From positions 10,017 to 74,016 of the forward strand of contig CANRNR010000005.1 of NCBI GenBank assembly GCA_947632035.1: a stretch of DNA of 64,000 nt. The letters run 5' to 3'. Below are positions 10,247-21,821 of this stretch, piece after piece (the stretch's first letter is position 1; every line of letters starts with the position of its first letter). The notes under the pieces were generated by a model. The model ran no database searches, had not been told where the DNA came from, and saw only the letters and a program-made list of their open reading frames with translations. A program made the translations under genes and the position numbers. This stretch comes from an uncultured Clostridia bacterium (lineage in GTDB: Bacteria > Bacillota > Clostridia > TANB77 > CAG-508).

Positions 10247-10392
10247 ATATATAATATTATGTTTTTTTCGCTCCATCCCTGCTTCGTAACAACTTGTAAA
10301 TAAAATTTTTCTTCGTAAAATTTTATAACAATTTGTAACTCGTTGTTCCCCACAGCCTCGCTACAAAAACATAATATTATATATCTGTAATG
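10247..10392. repeat. Palindromic intergenic repeat element E1 (MITE/REP-like) with terminal inverted repeats TATGTTTTTT...AAAAACATA
   Basis: GC-richer core CGCTCCATCCCTGCTTCG...CCACAGCCTCGC flanked by inverted AT-rich ends. The ends are shared with the elements at 37228 and 61079. Confidence 0.6.
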
Positions 10393-10418
10393 AATTTAAA
10401 TAAATTTAGAAGGAGTAA

Positions 10419-12416
<1,998 letters not shown>

Positions 12417-12517
12417 ATTCTAATAGAAGAAAAAATAATAAAAATATTAGCAAATAGTTAGAAAAATAAAAATTATGATGTGAAATTTTTGAATTAAATA
12501 AAACTAAAGGAGAGTAA

Positions 12518-12766
12518 ATGGAAGGAAAATATACATTTAAACAATTTTATCAAAATTTAGAGGATGGTTATCAAATTTATTTTACTTATGTAAGAAATAG
12601 ATATTTATTATTTAAGACAGCAGAAAATTGTTATACACAAAAACTATTATCAGTAGACGAAAAAAATCCACAGCCAAGAAATAGTATGCTTACTTTTAAA
12701 AGAGTAAAAGAAATGTTTCCACACATGGAAAATATTGAGTACAAGGTTTCAAACTTATTGGATTAA
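12518..12766 (+). CDS. Hypothetical small protein
   Basis: ORF with strong SD AAAGGAGAG. No recognised motifs. Confidence 0.4.
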   Translation: MEGKYTFKQFYQNLEDGYQIYFTYVRNRYLLFKTAENCYTQKLLSVDEKNPQPRNSMLTFKRVKEMFPHMENIEYKVSNLLD

Positions 12767-12933
12767 ATGCACAAAGAGCGATAAAAAATATTGATATATA
12801 ACTTAATAAAGAATATGGTCAAAATAAATTAAAAAGATAGTTAAAAAGTTAGATAAAAATAAGACAAAACGGTTGCAAAGTGTATAAAATGATGTTATAA
12901 TATAAAGGCAATTTTTTTTAAGGGGTGCTTCAA

Positions 12934-13185
12934 ATGACAGTAAAAGAAACAAACATCAAGCTCTTTACTAAAGAGCAGGTAGAAGCTATCAATGATAAGC
13001 TTCAGCAACAATGCCTTGTGCTTACAAATGGGTGTATTGAAATGGACACCAGTACACTAAATGTTGGCATAAGGAGTGGTAGAGGACAGATTGCTTCTTA
13101 TAGTGAGGCAAGAGTACTCCAAATAATTAGGAAAGTTTTTCCTGATTATGATAACATCATTCTAAATGGTGTTAGCACTTGCTAA
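12934..13185 (+). CDS. Hypothetical small protein, in a segment with visibly higher GC than its surroundings
   Basis: ORF with SD AAGGGGTG. Followed by a strong terminator. Confidence 0.4.
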   Translation: MTVKETNIKLFTKEQVEAINDKLQQQCLVLTNGCIEMDTSTLNVGIRSGRGQIASYSEARVLQIIRKVFPDYDNIILNGVSTC

Positions 13186-13205
13186 GGAATTCCCTTAGCA
13201 GAAAA

Positions 13206-13230
13206 GTCCCTCGAAAGAGGGATTTTTTTA
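13206..13230. terminator. Strong rho-independent terminator (TCCCTCGAAAGAGGGA plus T7), shared by the convergent genes on either side
   Basis: Perfect 6-bp GC-rich stem, GAAA loop and T-run. Confidence 0.7.
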
Positions 13231-13282
13231 TATAAAAAACCGAAGTTTTTGAGATTAATTTATATATAGTGATAAATTCTAA

Positions 13283-14995
13283 TTAAAAAATTTTAGGATT
13301 AACATTTACAGTTTCTTGGTTAGTATATATAACCATTCCTGGCTTAGCTTTATTAGGCTTTTTTACATATTTTACAAAAGTATAATCAACAGGTACATTA
13401 GATGACTGCATTGCTTTACTATGATAAGCAGTAATAGATGCACATTTATTTATAGTTTCTTGTGGTGGCATTTTTCCATTTGTTTGTAAGATAACATGAC
13501 TTCCATGAATATCTTTAACATGAAACCAAATATCATCTTTGCTAGCAATTTTGAAAGTAAGTTCGTCGTTTTGTTTGTTATTTCTTCCTACTAATATTTT
13601 GAAATTATCAACTACATAAATTATAGGATTTTCAGTATTTGAAACTTTTTTCATCTTTTGAACTTTCTTCTTAGAATTCTTTTTAGAAGCTACATTAGAA
13701 TTTGTTTTATTAACAGCAAAATCTTCTTGTATTTCATCATAAACATTATCTAAATCCTTAATAGAATTTGCAGTTTGAATTTCATAAACAATGCTTCCTA
13801 AATAATTTAATTCATCTTCTAACTGAATTTTTTGTTCTTGAACAATAGAATAGGTATTTTTTAATTTATGATATTTCTTAAAGTATTTTTTGGCATTATC
13901 ATTAGGAGATAGTCTAATATCCAAAGGTATATCTATTTGCTTTTCACTATAGTAATTATCTAAAACAATATGTGATATATGCTCATCTGAAATTTTATAT
14001 AAATTAGAAGTAATAAGCTCACCATATATTTTATATTCTTCCATATGAGTACATTCTTCAAGTTTTGAATTTAAAGCAATAAGCTTCTTTTCTAACTTTT
14101 TTAATTTTGCAGATATAAAGTTAAGAAGACTATTTCTATATGTTACAAATTGTTCTTGTAGTTGTTTAGAAGAGTAATAATCATCTAAAAAGAAATTAAC
14201 TTGCAATGCTTCAACCGTATCAGTATGTGTAATAGTATAATCGTTTTGAAAATTTATACATTTTACTTGATTTAGAGCTATACTATTTTTTAGGTTTATA
14301 ATATAATTAGCAAGTTTAATATAATTTTCTTTATTTAAATCATTTGACATATTTAAAGTTTGAACAGAATATTCAATAAAAGTTTTACTAATACCTATAA
14401 ATGTATCAATAAAAAACTGAGTCAATGTAAAATCAGTTGGAAAATTATTTTCAAAACGCAAGTAGTCTAAAATATCTATTTTGTTTGAAGTAGGAAAGGT
14501 ATAGATTTCTTTTGGAAAAATATTTCGATTTGCACCATCACTAATAGAAAAGTGCCTAATAGCATCAATGATAATATTTGAATTATCTAAAAGTAAAATG
14601 TTACTATGTTTTCCCATAAGCTCGACAATTAATTTCTTACTAACAATATTATCTTCATCATCTGAAAACTCAATTATTAATATTCTTTCTAAACCTATTG
14701 TATATATATTGGCAAGTTTTGAATTAGTTAAATGTTTTCTAAGTAGCATACAAAAATTAGGAGCAACTGTTGGATTCTCCCTTTTAGAAGTAGTTAAATG
14801 TGCACAATAAAAATTAGCAGAAATGTTAAGGCAAAGTGCATACTGTAAGCTATTAGCATAAATACTAAGTAGTACTTCATTTTGACTTGGCTGATAAACC
14901 TTTTGAACTTTTCCACCAATTAAATTATTTTTCAATTCCTCAGTAACAGCATTTAAAACTAATCCATCAAAAGCCATAATTAGTAATCCTTTCAA
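13283..14995 (-). CDS. rqcH: Ribosome-associated quality control protein RqcH (NFACT family, FbpA-like)
   Basis: N-terminus MAFDGLVLNAVTEEL is the NFACT-N signature. The 570-aa length and C-terminal GSHVIL/DUF814-like region HVKDIHGSHVIL are consistent. Confidence 0.75.
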   Translation of the reverse strand: MKGLLIMAFDGLVLNAVTEELKNNLIGGKVQKVYQPSQNEVLLSIYANSLQYALCLNISANFYCAHLTTSKRENPTVAPNFCMLLRKHLTNSKLANIYTIGLERILIIEFSDDEDNIVSKKLIVELMGKHSNILLLDNSNIIIDAIRHFSISDGANRNIFPKEIYTFPTSNKIDILDYLRFENNFPTDFTLTQFFIDTFIGISKTFIEYSVQTLNMSNDLNKENYIKLANYIINLKNSIALNQVKCINFQNDYTITHTDTVEALQVNFFLDDYYSSKQLQEQFVTYRNSLLNFISAKLKKLEKKLIALNSKLEECTHMEEYKIYGELITSNLYKISDEHISHIVLDNYYSEKQIDIPLDIRLSPNDNAKKYFKKYHKLKNTYSIVQEQKIQLEDELNYLGSIVYEIQTANSIKDLDNVYDEIQEDFAVNKTNSNVASKKNSKKKVQKMKKVSNTENPIIYVVDNFKILVGRNNKQNDELTFKIASKDDIWFHVKDIHGSHVILQTNGKMPPQETINKCASITAYHSKAMQSSNVPVDYTFVKYVKKPNKAKPGMVIYTNQETVNVNPKIF

Positions 14996-15171
14996 TATAA
15001 TTACAATATGATGTTTAAATTACATATTGTATAAAAATTGTATCATGCTCAAAATAATATCATATTTTATAGAATTTATCAATTTTTTCAAAATTATCTA
15101 TTGACAGAAAAAAAGAGAGTAGATATAATAAACCATAGTAATGAAGTGGCTTACAGGAGGTAACAATTAGC

Positions 15172-15835
15172 ATGGGCAAAACTGATGTATATTATTCATC
15201 AAATGCAAATTATAATGACATGTCAGATGAAGATTTAATTACTTTAATTAAATCTGATGATAAATGCGCCCTAGAACACCTAATAAATCGTTACAAAAGC
15301 CTAGTTAATATGAAAGTGGGCAGATATTATATTATAGGTGCAGAAAGAGAAGATATAGAGCAAGAAGGATTAATTCGGATTATTTAAAGCAATTAAAAAT
15401 TATCAAGCAGATAAACAAAACTCTTTTAAAACATTTGCTAGCATATGTATAGAAAGGCAACTAATTACAGCAATTAAAAGCTCTAATAGACAAAAACATA
15501 TGCCACTTAATTCATATCTATCATTAAATTGCAATGCTTATGACAATGAAGAAGATGGAAATAATAGCAATGCAGAACTATATGAAATTTTAAACACTAA
15601 TTTAATAGAAGATCCATTAGATACAATTACACAAAAGGAATACTATGCTAATATAGAAGCTACAATAGATAAAACTTTAAGTGATTTTGAAAAAAAAGTA
15701 TTAAACCAATATATACAAGGCGAAAGTTATGTTCAAATTGCAGAAAAGCTAGATGCACCAGTTAAGTCTATTGATAATGCTATTCAAAGGATTCGTAAAA
15801 AGGCAATTAAAGAAATACTAGATGAGTCAAATTAG
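15172..15835 (+). pseudogene. sigH: Sporulation/transition-state sigma factor SigH (Spo0H), interrupted by a +1 frameshift (extra C at 15376)
   Basis: ORFs 15172-15387 and 15500-15835 together align with B. subtilis SigH (YIIGAEREDIEQEGLI... then FASICIERQLITAIKSSNRQKHMPLNSY). Deleting C15376 restores ...EGLIGLFKAIKNYQADKQNSFKTFASICIERQ... Confidence 0.75.
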
Positions 15836-15901
15836 CTAAATTAATTTAGTTAGAAAAATATATATTAAAATAGCTAGAAATAAAGTTTCTAGTTAATTTA
15901 T

Positions 15902-15977
15902 GCTTCTATAGCTCAGTAGGTAGAGCACAGCCATGGTAAGGCTGGGGTCGCCGGTTCGATTCCGGCTGGAAGCTCCA
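15902..15977 (+). tRNA. tRNA-Thr (anticodon GGU)
   Basis: Cloverleaf: acceptor GCTTCTA/TGGAAGC, D-arm TAGCTCAGTAGGTAGAGCA, anticodon stem CAGCC/GGCTG with loop ATGGTAA, T-arm GCCGGTTCGATTCCGGC, encoded CCA. Confidence 0.9.
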
Positions 15978-16104
15978 ACGATATACCATTTTTAAATTTT
16001 TACAAATAGCATCAACTTGACATAATATTCTAAATGCTATATAATATACCTACAATGCTAAAAAGCATTAATATATTCAATTTCTTTTAAGGAGGATATA
16101 CATC

Positions 16105-16389
16105 ATGAGAGTACTAAAAAGAAAAAATCCAAGAGGCTGGGAAGTTGAAAAGGTATGTACGGGAGAAAATCGTGGACATGGCGATGGTGGCTGTGGAGCA
16201 CTACTTGCAGTCGAAGAAACCGATGTCCACATATTCAGCGATTTTGGGCATTTAGTAGACGGAGATCCACGATTCTTTGGTTTCATATGCCCTGAGTGTG
16301 GAAAGTGCACAGGTATTCCTGAAGAGGAATTACCTGAGTCAGTTAAAAACAGGGCATGGGATGAATTTCGAAAAAATATGAACCCGTAA
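16105..16389 (+). CDS. Small Cys-rich (putative zinc-ribbon) protein in a markedly GC-elevated 300-bp segment
   Basis: 94-aa ORF with two CxxC-like pairs (C18...C30 and CPECGKC). Codon usage is GC-rich (CGT GGA CAT GGC GAT GGT GGC TGT...), unlike the flanking DNA. A terminator follows at 16399-16445. Confidence 0.5.
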   Translation: MRVLKRKNPRGWEVEKVCTGENRGHGDGGCGALLAVEETDVHIFSDFGHLVDGDPRFFGFICPECGKCTGIPEEELPESVKNRAWDEFRKNMNP

Positions 16390-16398
16390 ACAAATTTA

Positions 16399-16445
16399 AA
16401 AGCATATGAAGTAAAAATATTTTTTATTTCATATGCTTTTTTATT
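16399..16445 (+). terminator. Rho-independent terminator (AAAGCATATGAA...TTCATATGCTTTTTT)
   Basis: 12-bp inverted repeat plus T-run. Confidence 0.65.
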
Positions 16446-16591
16446 ATCTACATTTACAATGAAAATATTGATTTATTATAAATAATGTGATATATTTTAG
16501 TCACTCTAGCAATGCTAGACCTAAATCTTATACTCCTGTTTTTATCGCAGGTTTTATATAGCAAATATAATTATAAAGGGGTAAAGAAGAA

Positions 16592-16837
16592 ATGTTTAAA
16601 CTTATCGAAATATTTACTGGTTTATTTGCGGTTGTAAAAGCAAATAAGGAGGAATCTAAATTTCCTGTTAATGCTCATGCTTTTCTTGAAGTAATTAATC
16701 GCAATTCAGATATGAAAGTGATAGTACTGAAAGGTAAAATGTCACAAGAATTATCGGATAGCGGTGAATTAGAAAGCTTGAAAAAGGAAGCAATAGAGCT
16801 TACAAAGGAAACTCTGTATGGAGAGTTTAGACGGTAA
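16592..16837 (+). CDS. Hypothetical small protein
   Basis: ORF with SD AAAGGGG and a plausible sigma-A promoter upstream (TTGATT-17-TATATT). Terminator at 16849-16880. Confidence 0.4.
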   Translation: MFKLIEIFTGLFAVVKANKEESKFPVNAHAFLEVINRNSDMKVIVLKGKMSQELSDSGELESLKKEAIELTKETLYGEFRR

Positions 16838-17012
16838 GAAACATGACAAAGAGGCTATAATACAGCCTCTTTATATTTTAAAATTTATAAGTTACATGAG
16901 AGAATATTGGATTTTTATTATTGATTGAAATGTTTATAAAAAACATTTTATATATATTACTTGCCAAAGAATAAAAATTGTGCTACATTATAATTGATAA
17001 ATTTGCAAGGGG

Positions 17013-18254
17013 ATGAAAATATTATACGATATGAAAACAAAAGCAGAAAATAAAGAGTTAAAAGTTATAAAAGATAAAAATCCAAATGTAAAAAAATGGG
17101 TTATTTTAGTATCTATTATGATTATTACTATTATTGGTTCAGGAGCTTTAAACATAATATTAAGTAATTCCAATAAAACAGCTTTAGCAAGTGCAGATGA
17201 TGAAGAATTATCAATAGAAAATTTTACCGATGTAGAGAATAAAACAGAAGAAGAATTAAAAGAAATAAACGATAAAGAAATAAAAAAATCTGAACAAAAT
17301 AAAAAATCAAAAGAAAAAGATACTTCAAACAAAAATACTACCAAAAATAGTAATAGCTCTAAAACAAAAAATAAATATTATATAAAAGTAAATTATAATG
17401 CACAAGTGGTTACAGTATATACTTATGATTCTAAAGGCAATTATACAGTACCTGTTAAAGCAATGGTATGTTCAACTGGTACTGCAACTCCAAGGTCAGG
17501 AGTTTATAAAATTCCGGCTAAAATTTTGTGGTGCAAAATGTATGGAGATGTATATGCTCATTATTGTAGTCAAATTGTAGGAAATATCTTATTCCATTCA
17601 GTTCCATTTTTAGAGAAAAACAACCATACATTAGAATATTGGGAATATGATAAACTCGGAACAAAAGCATCAATGGGATGTATAAGATTAACTACAAGAG
17701 ACGCTAAATGGCTTTTTGACAATGTATCTGTTGGAACATCAGTTGAATTTTACTCAAGTTCTAACCCTGGACCACTAGGTAAGCCAACAGCACCAAAAAT
17801 TTCAAGTGGTCCTAAAAACTTAAGAGGTTGGGATCCAACAGACCCAGATCCTAATAATCCTTGGAAGAATTATAATCCTAACAAAGAAGATAATAATAAA
17901 AATGAAAATACCAATACTGAAGCACCTAGTGTAGATAACACAAATAATCAAAATAGTGGAAATAATGTAAATAATGAAAATAGTCAAATTCCAGAAAATA
18001 ATACAAACAATGAAAACAATCAAGTTAACGGAAATAATACAAGCAACGAAAACAATCAAGTTAATGGAAATAACACAAATACTGAAAATAATCAGAGTAG
18101 TGGTAATACTAATAATGAAAATGATACAAATACTGATAACAACCAAAGTAGTGGAAATAATACGCAAAGTGGAAATGTACAAACTAATGATACGTCTAGC
18201 GAAAATAACCAAAGTACTGAAACAACAGGTGATGGCTTAAATACTAATAATTAA
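17013..18254 (+). CDS. L,D-transpeptidase (YkuD domain) with N-terminal TM, charged linker and an N/Q/S-rich tandem-repeat C-terminal tail
   Basis: Catalytic motif HSVPF...SMGCIRL (His/Cys of YkuD). The C-terminal 140 aa are made of NNENNQVNGNNT(S/N)-type 13-aa repeats. Confidence 0.7.
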   Translation: MKILYDMKTKAENKELKVIKDKNPNVKKWVILVSIMIITIIGSGALNIILSNSNKTALASADDEELSIENFTDVENKTEEELKEINDKEIKKSEQNKKSKEKDTSNKNTTKNSNSSKTKNKYYIKVNYNAQVVTVYTYDSKGNYTVPVKAMVCSTGTATPRSGVYKIPAKILWCKMYGDVYAHYCSQIVGNILFHSVPFLEKNNHTLEYWEYDKLGTKASMGCIRLTTRDAKWLFDNVSVGTSVEFYSSSNPGPLGKPTAPKISSGPKNLRGWDPTDPDPNNPWKNYNPNKEDNNKNENTNTEAPSVDNTNNQNSGNNVNNENSQIPENNTNNENNQVNGNNTSNENNQVNGNNTNTENNQSSGNTNNENDTNTDNNQSSGNNTQSGNVQTNDTSSENNQSTETTGDGLNTNN

Positions 18255-18322
18255 ACTGAAGACTAGAAATAATCAAAAATTTATATCTTATATAAAAATT
18301 AATAATAGGAGGAAATTACATT

Positions 18323-19414
18323 ATGAAAATGGGAATAGTAGGACTTCCTAATGTCGGAAAGAGTACTTTATTTAATGCAATAACAAAGGCAGGAGCAGAA
18401 TGTGCAAACTATCCTTTTTGTACAATAGAGCCAAATGTAGGAATAGTTGCAGTACCAGATGAAAGATTAGATAAGCTAGCTGAAATTTATCATCCAGAAA
18501 AAGTTACTCCTGCTGTAATTGAATTTGTTGATATTGCAGGTTTAGTAAAGGGTGCTAGCCATGGAGAAGGATTAGGAAACAAATTCTTATCACACATAAG
18601 AGAAGTAGACAGCATAATAGAAGTAGTAAGATGTTTTGAAAATAGCAATATTGTTCATGTTGATGGAGGAATAAATCCTGTTAGAGATATAGAAACAATT
18701 AATTTGGAATTAGTTTTTGCAGACATGGAAACAATAGAAAAGAGGCTTGACAATGCTAGGAAAAAATTAAAGGCTGATAAAAAATATCAAGAAGAAATTG
18801 ATTTATTAGAAAAAGTAAAAAAATGTTTAGAAGAAGGAAAACCAGCAAGGTCTTTAAACTTAAATGAAGATGAACAATTAATTATTAGAGATTCATTTTT
18901 ATTAACCATGAAACCAATTTTGTATATAGCAAATGTTTCAGAAGAACAATTATCAAATGCAGAAAATGATGAAAATGTAAAGCAAGTAGTAGAATATGCT
19001 AAAAAAGAAAATGCAGAGGCAATTGCTCTTTGCGTAAAAATAGAAGAGGAACTTGCAAGCTTAGAAAAAGATGAACAAAAGGAAATGTTAGATGCTTTAG
19101 GATTAAAAGAATCAGGATTAGATAAAGTAATTAAAGCAAGTTATGATTTATTAGGATTAATGTCATTTCTAACAGCTGGAGAACCAGAAGTAAGAGCATG
19201 GACAATTCAAAAAGGAACAAAAGCACCAAAAGCAGCAGGAAAAATTCATAGTGATATAGAAAGAGGATTTATAAGAGCAGAAATTGTTTCTTATGATGAC
19301 TTAATTAGAGAAGGCTCAATGAATAATGTAAAAGAAAAAGGCTTAATGCGTTTAGAAGGAAAAGATTATATAATGCAAGATGGAGATGTAGTATTATTTA
19401 GATTTAATGTATAA
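18323..19414 (+). CDS. ychF: Ribosome-binding ATPase YchF
   Basis: G1 motif GIVGLPNVGKSTLFNA, a C-terminal TGS domain and a length of 363 aa. Confidence 0.9.
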   Translation: MKMGIVGLPNVGKSTLFNAITKAGAECANYPFCTIEPNVGIVAVPDERLDKLAEIYHPEKVTPAVIEFVDIAGLVKGASHGEGLGNKFLSHIREVDSIIEVVRCFENSNIVHVDGGINPVRDIETINLELVFADMETIEKRLDNARKKLKADKKYQEEIDLLEKVKKCLEEGKPARSLNLNEDEQLIIRDSFLLTMKPILYIANVSEEQLSNAENDENVKQVVEYAKKENAEAIALCVKIEEELASLEKDEQKEMLDALGLKESGLDKVIKASYDLLGLMSFLTAGEPEVRAWTIQKGTKAPKAAGKIHSDIERGFIRAEIVSYDDLIREGSMNNVKEKGLMRLEGKDYIMQDGDVVLFRFNV

Positions 19415-19642
19415 ATTATAATATAAAATTTTTAGTTAAAATTAAATAAAACCATAAATTGTAACAAAAAACAGTTATTATTTAAGCTAAAAATAATAAA
19501 ATGATAAAAAAATGTAAAAATTGACAAAAAAAACTTGACTATTTTATAAGCAAAGTATAAAATGTTAGCAAATAAGAAATCTATGTATAAGTTTTATTAT
19601 TTTTAGAAATAATAAAAGTAAAACATCAAAAGAAAAAGGAGA

Positions 19643-19996
19643 TTGAAAAAAATGAAAAATCAAAAAATTATTTTAGTATTTGCATTAGTAGCAGTATTTT
19701 TATTAATTATGGCAAACTTAGTACAAGCAACAAACAATATATTACAAGTAAATCCACCACCTGAATATAATGGTCAACAATCTGGAAATAATGCAGCAGG
19801 AAATAACACAGTAGGAAATAATACACCAGTTAATAATGCACAGAAAAACAATACATTACCTACAAATAATTCTGCAAATAATACATTACCACAAACAGGT
19901 GTAACAGAAGATACAACATTATTTGTCTTCATTGCAATATGTGTAGTATCAGCAGTATATGCATTTATTAAAATCAAAAATTATAGAAATATTTAA
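19643..19996 (+). CDS. Small LPXTG cell-wall-anchored surface protein (sortase substrate) with N-rich repeats
   Basis: Signal peptide followed by GNNxxGNNT repeats and LPQTG, then a hydrophobic segment and a basic tail (KIKNYRNI). Confidence 0.7.
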   Translation: MKKMKNQKIILVFALVAVFLLIMANLVQATNNILQVNPPPEYNGQQSGNNAAGNNTVGNNTPVNNAQKNNTLPTNNSANNTLPQTGVTEDTTLFVFIAICVVSAVYAFIKIKNYRNI

Positions 19997-20080
19997 TTGA
20001 ATATATAAGCAAAAATATTCTACTTATGAAATCAAAGATTTACTAAGTAGAATATTTTGAAGACTTTTTATATTTATAAA

Positions 20081-20111
20081 AAAACTGTAGGGGAAAATCT
20101 CTACAGTTTTT
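20081..20111. terminator. Bidirectional rho-independent terminator between the convergent LPXTG and sortase genes
   Basis: AAAAACTGTAGGGGAAAATCTCTACAGTTTTT: a perfect stem with A-run and T-run flanks. Confidence 0.7.
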
Positions 20112-20802
20112 AAAGTTTCTCAGTTGCTTTTACTACAGTTCTTTTCCCATTTACATTATTGCATGTGATAAGAGTTATAATCTTTTGGTTTCCAACATCT
20201 TGATTAGTACATGATAAATCATTGACATCAACTTCATATTTATCAAAAACTGTGTATATAACTTTTCTACCATTTAAATCATAAACTTCTACTAAATCAT
20301 TTTTAGATAATTGTTTTAATTTACTAAAAAATCTATTATCCACATAATTATGACCTGCAATACATAAATTTCCAACTTCATTTGGCATTGGACCTGCAAA
20401 TCTGCATAGTGAAATTTTTAATAATTCTTTATTACTTTCTGATAAAATAGGGTAATTTAAATTTATTTTATCAATACAGAGCATTCCTATTACAAATGGA
20501 TTTTCTATTATTGTAGATGTATTTTCTATTTCAACTTGATTAAATTGATTGTCTTGATATAAAGTAGTTAGTGTATAATTTTTCAAAAGTTGCTTTGATA
20601 TTTTTTCCTGTTCGTTTTTTTTATAAAAATGATAAAATAAAACCAAAAGAGATATTACTGCTAGTATGAAAGAAATAAAAAATTGTAAAGAATATTTACT
20701 TAATTTAAAAAAAGAAACTTTACTACTAGAATTTTTTATATTAGAAAGATTTTTTTCTTTCAACAATTTACTATATTCTATAATTTGATTCATAACTATC
20801 AC
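20110..20802 (-). CDS. Sortase family transpeptidase (N-terminal TM, TLITC active site)
   Basis: LCIAGHNY (His) ... KIITLITC (Cys) ... R. 230 aa. Convergent with the LPXTG protein gene. Confidence 0.75.
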   Translation of the reverse strand: MIVMNQIIEYSKLLKEKNLSNIKNSSSKVSFFKLSKYSLQFFISFILAVISLLVLFYHFYKKNEQEKISKQLLKNYTLTTLYQDNQFNQVEIENTSTIIENPFVIGMLCIDKINLNYPILSESNKELLKISLCRFAGPMPNEVGNLCIAGHNYVDNRFFSKLKQLSKNDLVEVYDLNGRKVIYTVFDKYEVDVNDLSCTNQDVGNQKIITLITCNNVNGKRTVVKATEKL

Positions 20803-20948
20803 CTTATATTTTGATATTCTTATTTAGTATTGACATTATAGATAAAATTATTTATTAAAATTAAAAAAATGTATTATTTTTTAAAAAAGAGATGTAAAAA
20901 TAAATAATCTATGATAGAATACAAATATAAAATTTAATATTAAGGAGA

Positions 20949-21668
20949 GTGTTATTATTGCCAAATTTAAAGTATAAAAGAGTATTGCTAAAACTTAGTG
21001 GTGAAGCTTTGGCAGGAGAAAGCAAACATGGTATTGATGCAAAAACAATAGGTGGAATTTGTGACAAAATAAAAGAACTAGTAGATTTAGGTGCAGAAGT
21101 TGCAATTGTAGTTGGAGGCGGAAATTTCTGGAGAGGAAAATATGGTTCAGAAATGGAAAGAACAACATCTGATTATATGGGAATGCTTGCAACTTGTATG
21201 AATGGATTAGCACTTCAAAGTTCACTAGAATCAAGAGGAGTTTGTACAAGATTACAAACAGCAATTGAAATGAGAGAAATAGCAGAGCCTTACATAAAAA
21301 GAAAAGCAGATAAACATTTAACTAATAAAAGAGTAGTTATATTTAGTTGTGGAACTGGAAATCCATATTTCACAACAGATACAGCAGCAGCTTTAAGAGC
21401 AGCAGAAATAAATGCTGAAGTTATATTAGTAGGAAAAACAATTGATGGAGTATATTCAGATGATCCAAAAATAAATAAAGATGCAATTAAATATGATAAA
21501 ATTAGTTATTTAGATATTCTTAATAAAGATTTAAAAGTAATGGATTCGACAGCTACATCTTTATGCAGAGATAATAATATTCCTTTAATTGTATTTGGAA
21601 TAGATAATCCAGACAATATGGTAAAAGCTATATTGGGAGAAAAAATAGGAACTATTATAGAAAATTAA
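20949..21668 (+). CDS. pyrH: UMP kinase (true start more likely the TTG at 20958)
   Basis: [12 protein letters not shown] and GGGNFWRG motifs. The conserved pyrH-frr-uppS-cdsA order follows. Confidence 0.85.
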   Translation: MLLLPNLKYKRVLLKLSGEALAGESKHGIDAKTIGGICDKIKELVDLGAEVAIVVGGGNFWRGKYGSEMERTTSDYMGMLATCMNGLALQSSLESRGVCTRLQTAIEMREIAEPYIKRKADKHLTNKRVVIFSCGTGNPYFTTDTAAALRAAEINAEVILVGKTIDGVYSDDPKINKDAIKYDKISYLDILNKDLKVMDSTATSLCRDNNIPLIVFGIDNPDNMVKAILGEKIGTIIEN

Positions 21669-21821
21669 AATTATATAAATGAAATATTAAATAAACTTTA
21701 ATTTATGGAGTTTAAAGTTAGAAATAAAAATTAAAATAAAAAGAAAGGAGAGTATAACCTACTTAAATAATATAAAATTAAAAAGTAAGAATAATTATTA
21801 AAGGTTATACAAAATAAAAAA

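Noticed and set aside
16077-16310. Minus-strand 77-aa ORF overlapping the GC-rich zinc-ribbon gene
   Set aside because: Its openness is a by-product of the GC-rich segment (few stop codons). The plus-strand ORF has the start, terminator and Cys-pair logic.
17398-18240. Alternative-frame ORFs overlapping the L,D-transpeptidase gene, including the 130-aa minus-strand frame
   Set aside because: They are generated by the tandem-repeat region and are Ile/Phe-rich nonsense. The YkuD frame is clearly the coding one.
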